From Octopus vulgaris (taxonomy: Eukaryota): a DNA stretch of 64,000 nt. The DNA lies in the NCBI GenBank assembly GCA_951406725.2, contig OX597821.1, positions 62,868,001 to 62,932,000 on the forward strand, in the 5' to 3' direction. Each line of letters begins with the position of its first letter. The first letter of the stretch is position 1. Of the stretch, positions 59,733-64,000 are shown one piece after another. The translations under genes and the position numbers were made by a program. The notes below the pieces were generated by a model that saw only the letters and a list, made by a program, of their open reading frames with translations, was not told the DNA's origin and ran no database searches.

Positions 59733-60117
59733 GTATATATATACACGTCTGTCTATGTGTATGTATGTGTATAAAATTAGTCATATTTTATCATCGTTCC
59801 AGTTCAGGTGCCTTTACCTCAAGAAGTGAAAAAAGTGCGGTTTATTAACACTGTATATAATATCTATCTCCTTGAATGCTTTTCTTGTATTAATGGATGC
59901 AAACTTCATGCATTATATGTTCCGTTCACACTCGATGTTGATCGTATTGCCGCCTTTCAGTGTTCAAATTATTGTATCTACACGTTTTTAAAATGTTCTA
60001 TATTGTACCACTGTATGGCTACATAAGTATGTATTTATATATATATAAATTAAGATATATATGTATATATATATATATGCATATATATGTATATATGTAT
60101 GTATATATATATATATG

Positions 60118-60171
<54 letters not shown>

Positions 60172-60489
60172 CTACCCATTTTGTATGTACGTGTTGCTTG
60201 TGTCTCACAACAAATTCGGAACCCACACATGCTTATTTGCAACACGCTGTTGTTAAACTGATAAAACGTTGTCTGTATTGATTTATATAAAAATTATTTT
60301 GCCAATGTATTTTAAAGAAATTAATGTTATAATGCAATTGCTGCAATATAAAAGATTCTCTGTTTTGCATTTGCTTTCTGTAAAATGTTACCCCTAACAA
60401 GAAAATATGTTATGGTTAGTATGTAACAGTTGTATTTATGAAATTAGTATTTACTTTACATGTTTGATGCAATATGTGTATATGTATGC

Positions 60490-60520
<31 letters not shown>

Positions 60521-60536
60521 TCTATATATCTATATC

Positions 60537-60567
<31 letters not shown>

Positions 60568-60640
60568 GTATATATATATATATATGTATACGCATGTATA
60601 TATATATTTATATCGGTCAGTATATGTATATATGTACATG

Positions 60641-60672
<32 letters not shown>

Positions 60673-60879
60673 AACACACATATGTATATATACGCGTGTG
60701 AAATGTGACTGGTGATCAACGCATATGCATGCACATGGATATATACTTATAAGCATATCCATGGATATACATATATGTGCATATATATAGACTTAGACAC
60801 AGATAGGCAGGGAGTGAAGGATAAATACAAAGATTACTTTTATGATGAACCTTGATATATACATATATATATAGACTTC

Positions 60880-61122
<243 letters not shown>

Positions 61123-61828
61123 AGGTACATTATAAAGGCAATCTCTGTAATTATCCTTCATTCCCTGCCTCTCTCACTCACTCTCTCTCTCTCTGTCTAT
61201 CTATATGTATGCACATATATGTATATATATAAGCGTATGCATATATATAGTATGTGTATATGTATACATATGCGCGTATATGTGTATACATATGAAAATA
61301 TATATGTAGATGCATATGTATATAACTGTATATATATATCATCATCTCTTATTCCCTCTCACACTTTCTCATTTGTTGTATATACATAGCAATATATTTA
61401 AATAAATATATATGTTATACCTGTATGTTCATTAACGGATTTAACATTAGCCAATTAATTTGTTGTCATTTTGGAATTATTCAATTCATTGAGTTACTTC
61501 ATTATCATTTACCTTGCATAACCTTATGTGTTTGGAAAATTTGTGTGACATAATATGATTAAATAGTATTGAATTTCATGTACACTAAACTGAAACAAAC
61601 CATTCAAATTTCATATGATTTGCTATGAATACTTGAACCATTATACATTTCTCTTCACACAAACAATCATACCCATGCTCAAATATATACAACTTTGTTC
61701 CTGCCTTCTTTTGAGTTCATATTCATTCATTCATCTGAATATAAATTTCGAAGCAACTATTATGTTAGCAACACTGTTAGATTCAAATTTATATATATAT
61801 ATGCATTCATACAAGAATGCCTATATAC

Positions 61829-61890
<62 letters not shown>

Positions 61891-61930
61891 GTCTACATAT
61901 ATATATGGGGGTATATGTATATGCGTGCAT

Positions 61931-61966
<36 letters not shown>

Positions 61967-62239
61967 TTATGTAAAAAACATATTTGCGCGTATTCGTGAA
62001 TGCAAAGCTTACATGTACAAAATAAAGAGAATCAAACATTTAACTTTCACGAAATAGACAGTGTAGATACGTAAGATAGCCTAACAGGACAAACATCTAT
62101 GCGCAAATATTAGTATTGATATATATATCAGTGTGTTGTTCATATATATATTTAGAAGCTACCATATGTCCTGAATGGATTTGAAGTAAAGTACTCACCC
62201 ACGTACATATATGTAATACATACATATATGCATACACTG

Positions 62240-62336
<97 letters not shown>

Positions 62337-62695
62337 ATTAATGAAAGGACAAACTCAGTATGTTTCCTTGCTGGAAATAACAATCAACAATCTTACTTTA
62401 ATCGCCAAAACTCACTGATAATAAGCACAGTAATCAACTATAGTTATTATCAATGTATGTATGCGATTTAAATAAGAGTTTCGACTGTCATTTCCAGCTG
62501 GTTGACATACTTCGTATATCCTTTGATTAATTTTAATCCTTCAGCCGTTTAATGCTGTTTGGGGCCTGCAATCGCCTATATTATTGATTCTGTTATTAAC
62601 ATTTTTAAATTGTTTCACTAGACAATGAGTCAATGATATCTTTGCAAATTATTTTTCTCGTGAATAATTTGTTCCGTATTGAAATATATAAACAT

Positions 62696-62734
<39 letters not shown>

Positions 62735-62743
62735 CACACACAG

Positions 62744-62799
<56 letters not shown>

Positions 62800-63514
62800 C
62801 AATACTAAGCATATATATATATATATATATATATATAGGCAATCTCTCCCAAATCACATCATGTGTAATTAGACTTCTCAGATACGCTGCTACACCTATT
62901 TCGACAGTCAACCATTTTTATAACCATGCTTCCAAGGATTAATATCTTACTAACTTGGAGACATGATTATATTTCAATTAGTATGCGCAAATCTCGCGTA
63001 ATATGTTGTTGCGAATGAGGTAAGAAGATTCACAATCGCTACCAAGCATTAGAGGTCAATTTTTATACAACATCTATAGAAGCGATTTACTGATTTGGTG
63101 AGTTGCGAACGCTAATTATATTCACTAAATGCGATTGTTCTTTGTAACTGTGCACCCATATCCATCATCATGCTATTACATTATTTATTTTTCTTTTGTC
63201 ACGTTCTTCCTTTTGCTAAACTGAATTGTTTAGCAGGAAATTCGTTACATACATTCCCGTCCAGGTTGACATTCGTTCTTTTATCAGGTAGCTGAAATTT
63301 TCAATGATAAATTATAAAGTTTTATACTGAAACTCTATGTATATTTGGAACCATTCAGTTTCACTGTTAGGATACGTTTTCGTTATCTATATATGTCAGC
63401 CAATACTTGTCTGCAACAACTAATCTTGTATATTCGTTTTTGGTAGAAATGGTTATATCTTCCTATATCACTGCGAGATACGCGCAACAATCGTACTGAA
63501 TTTTGTCGTTGCAA

Positions 63515-63562
<48 letters not shown>

Positions 63563-64000
63563 CGATAGTGTAAGCATTCATCAATTTGTAGGCACGAGAT
63601 ATTTTAAATCTACATTGTCTGTAGTGTTTGCACTGATTATTGTGATAATTTTTGCAATTGTGACAGTTTTTGTCAGCTCTGCATTTTTCCTCGGTACATT
63701 CTCGGTCAATCCGTGACGCAATTTCGTGTTCATTCCATTCCGTTAATACGCGTCTACTTCAGCAAGAAAAGCTCCTTTGCCGTTTATGTTATTGTAAACG
63801 TGTATTACCCGCAAATTTACCTTCATGAGACTGCACTCTTCTGTATATAACTGTATATAACTTCTGTATAGAACTGTATATAACTTCTGTATAGAACGAA
63901 TTTATATATAATTATTTCTTCCCTGTACATTGCAAACACTTATGTACGTACATGATGTGCGTACATTGATGTACATACACATCAATTGCGGCTGAATGAC

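Overview
AT-rich eukaryotic genomic DNA saturated with (TA)n, (CA)n, (GATA)n and trinucleotide microsatellites. The repeat landscape suggests an octopus (coleoid cephalopod) genome; this is an inference. Almost all ORFs in the supplied track are microsatellite translation artefacts. I find one convincing host coding exon, which the ORF track missed: a 195-bp phase 1-1 exon at 54433-54627 (+) encoding a complete Sushi/CCP domain resembling LEV-9/Hasp-type proteins. Most of the window is therefore probably intronic or flanking. The rest is decayed transposable elements: several tRNA-derived SINE families, R4/Dong-like (RLE) retrotransposon relics beside trinucleotide repeats, CR1- and Rex/Babar-like LINE relics, mariner remnants, and a near-perfect 943-bp tandem repeat carrying a Penelope-like RT fragment. 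The most unusual signal is a set of dispersed non-coding elements with minimal hammerhead-ribozyme-like motifs. One is a composite of tRNA head, (AAT)n and a tandem hammerhead-like tail. All calls were made by eye and no database searches were run.
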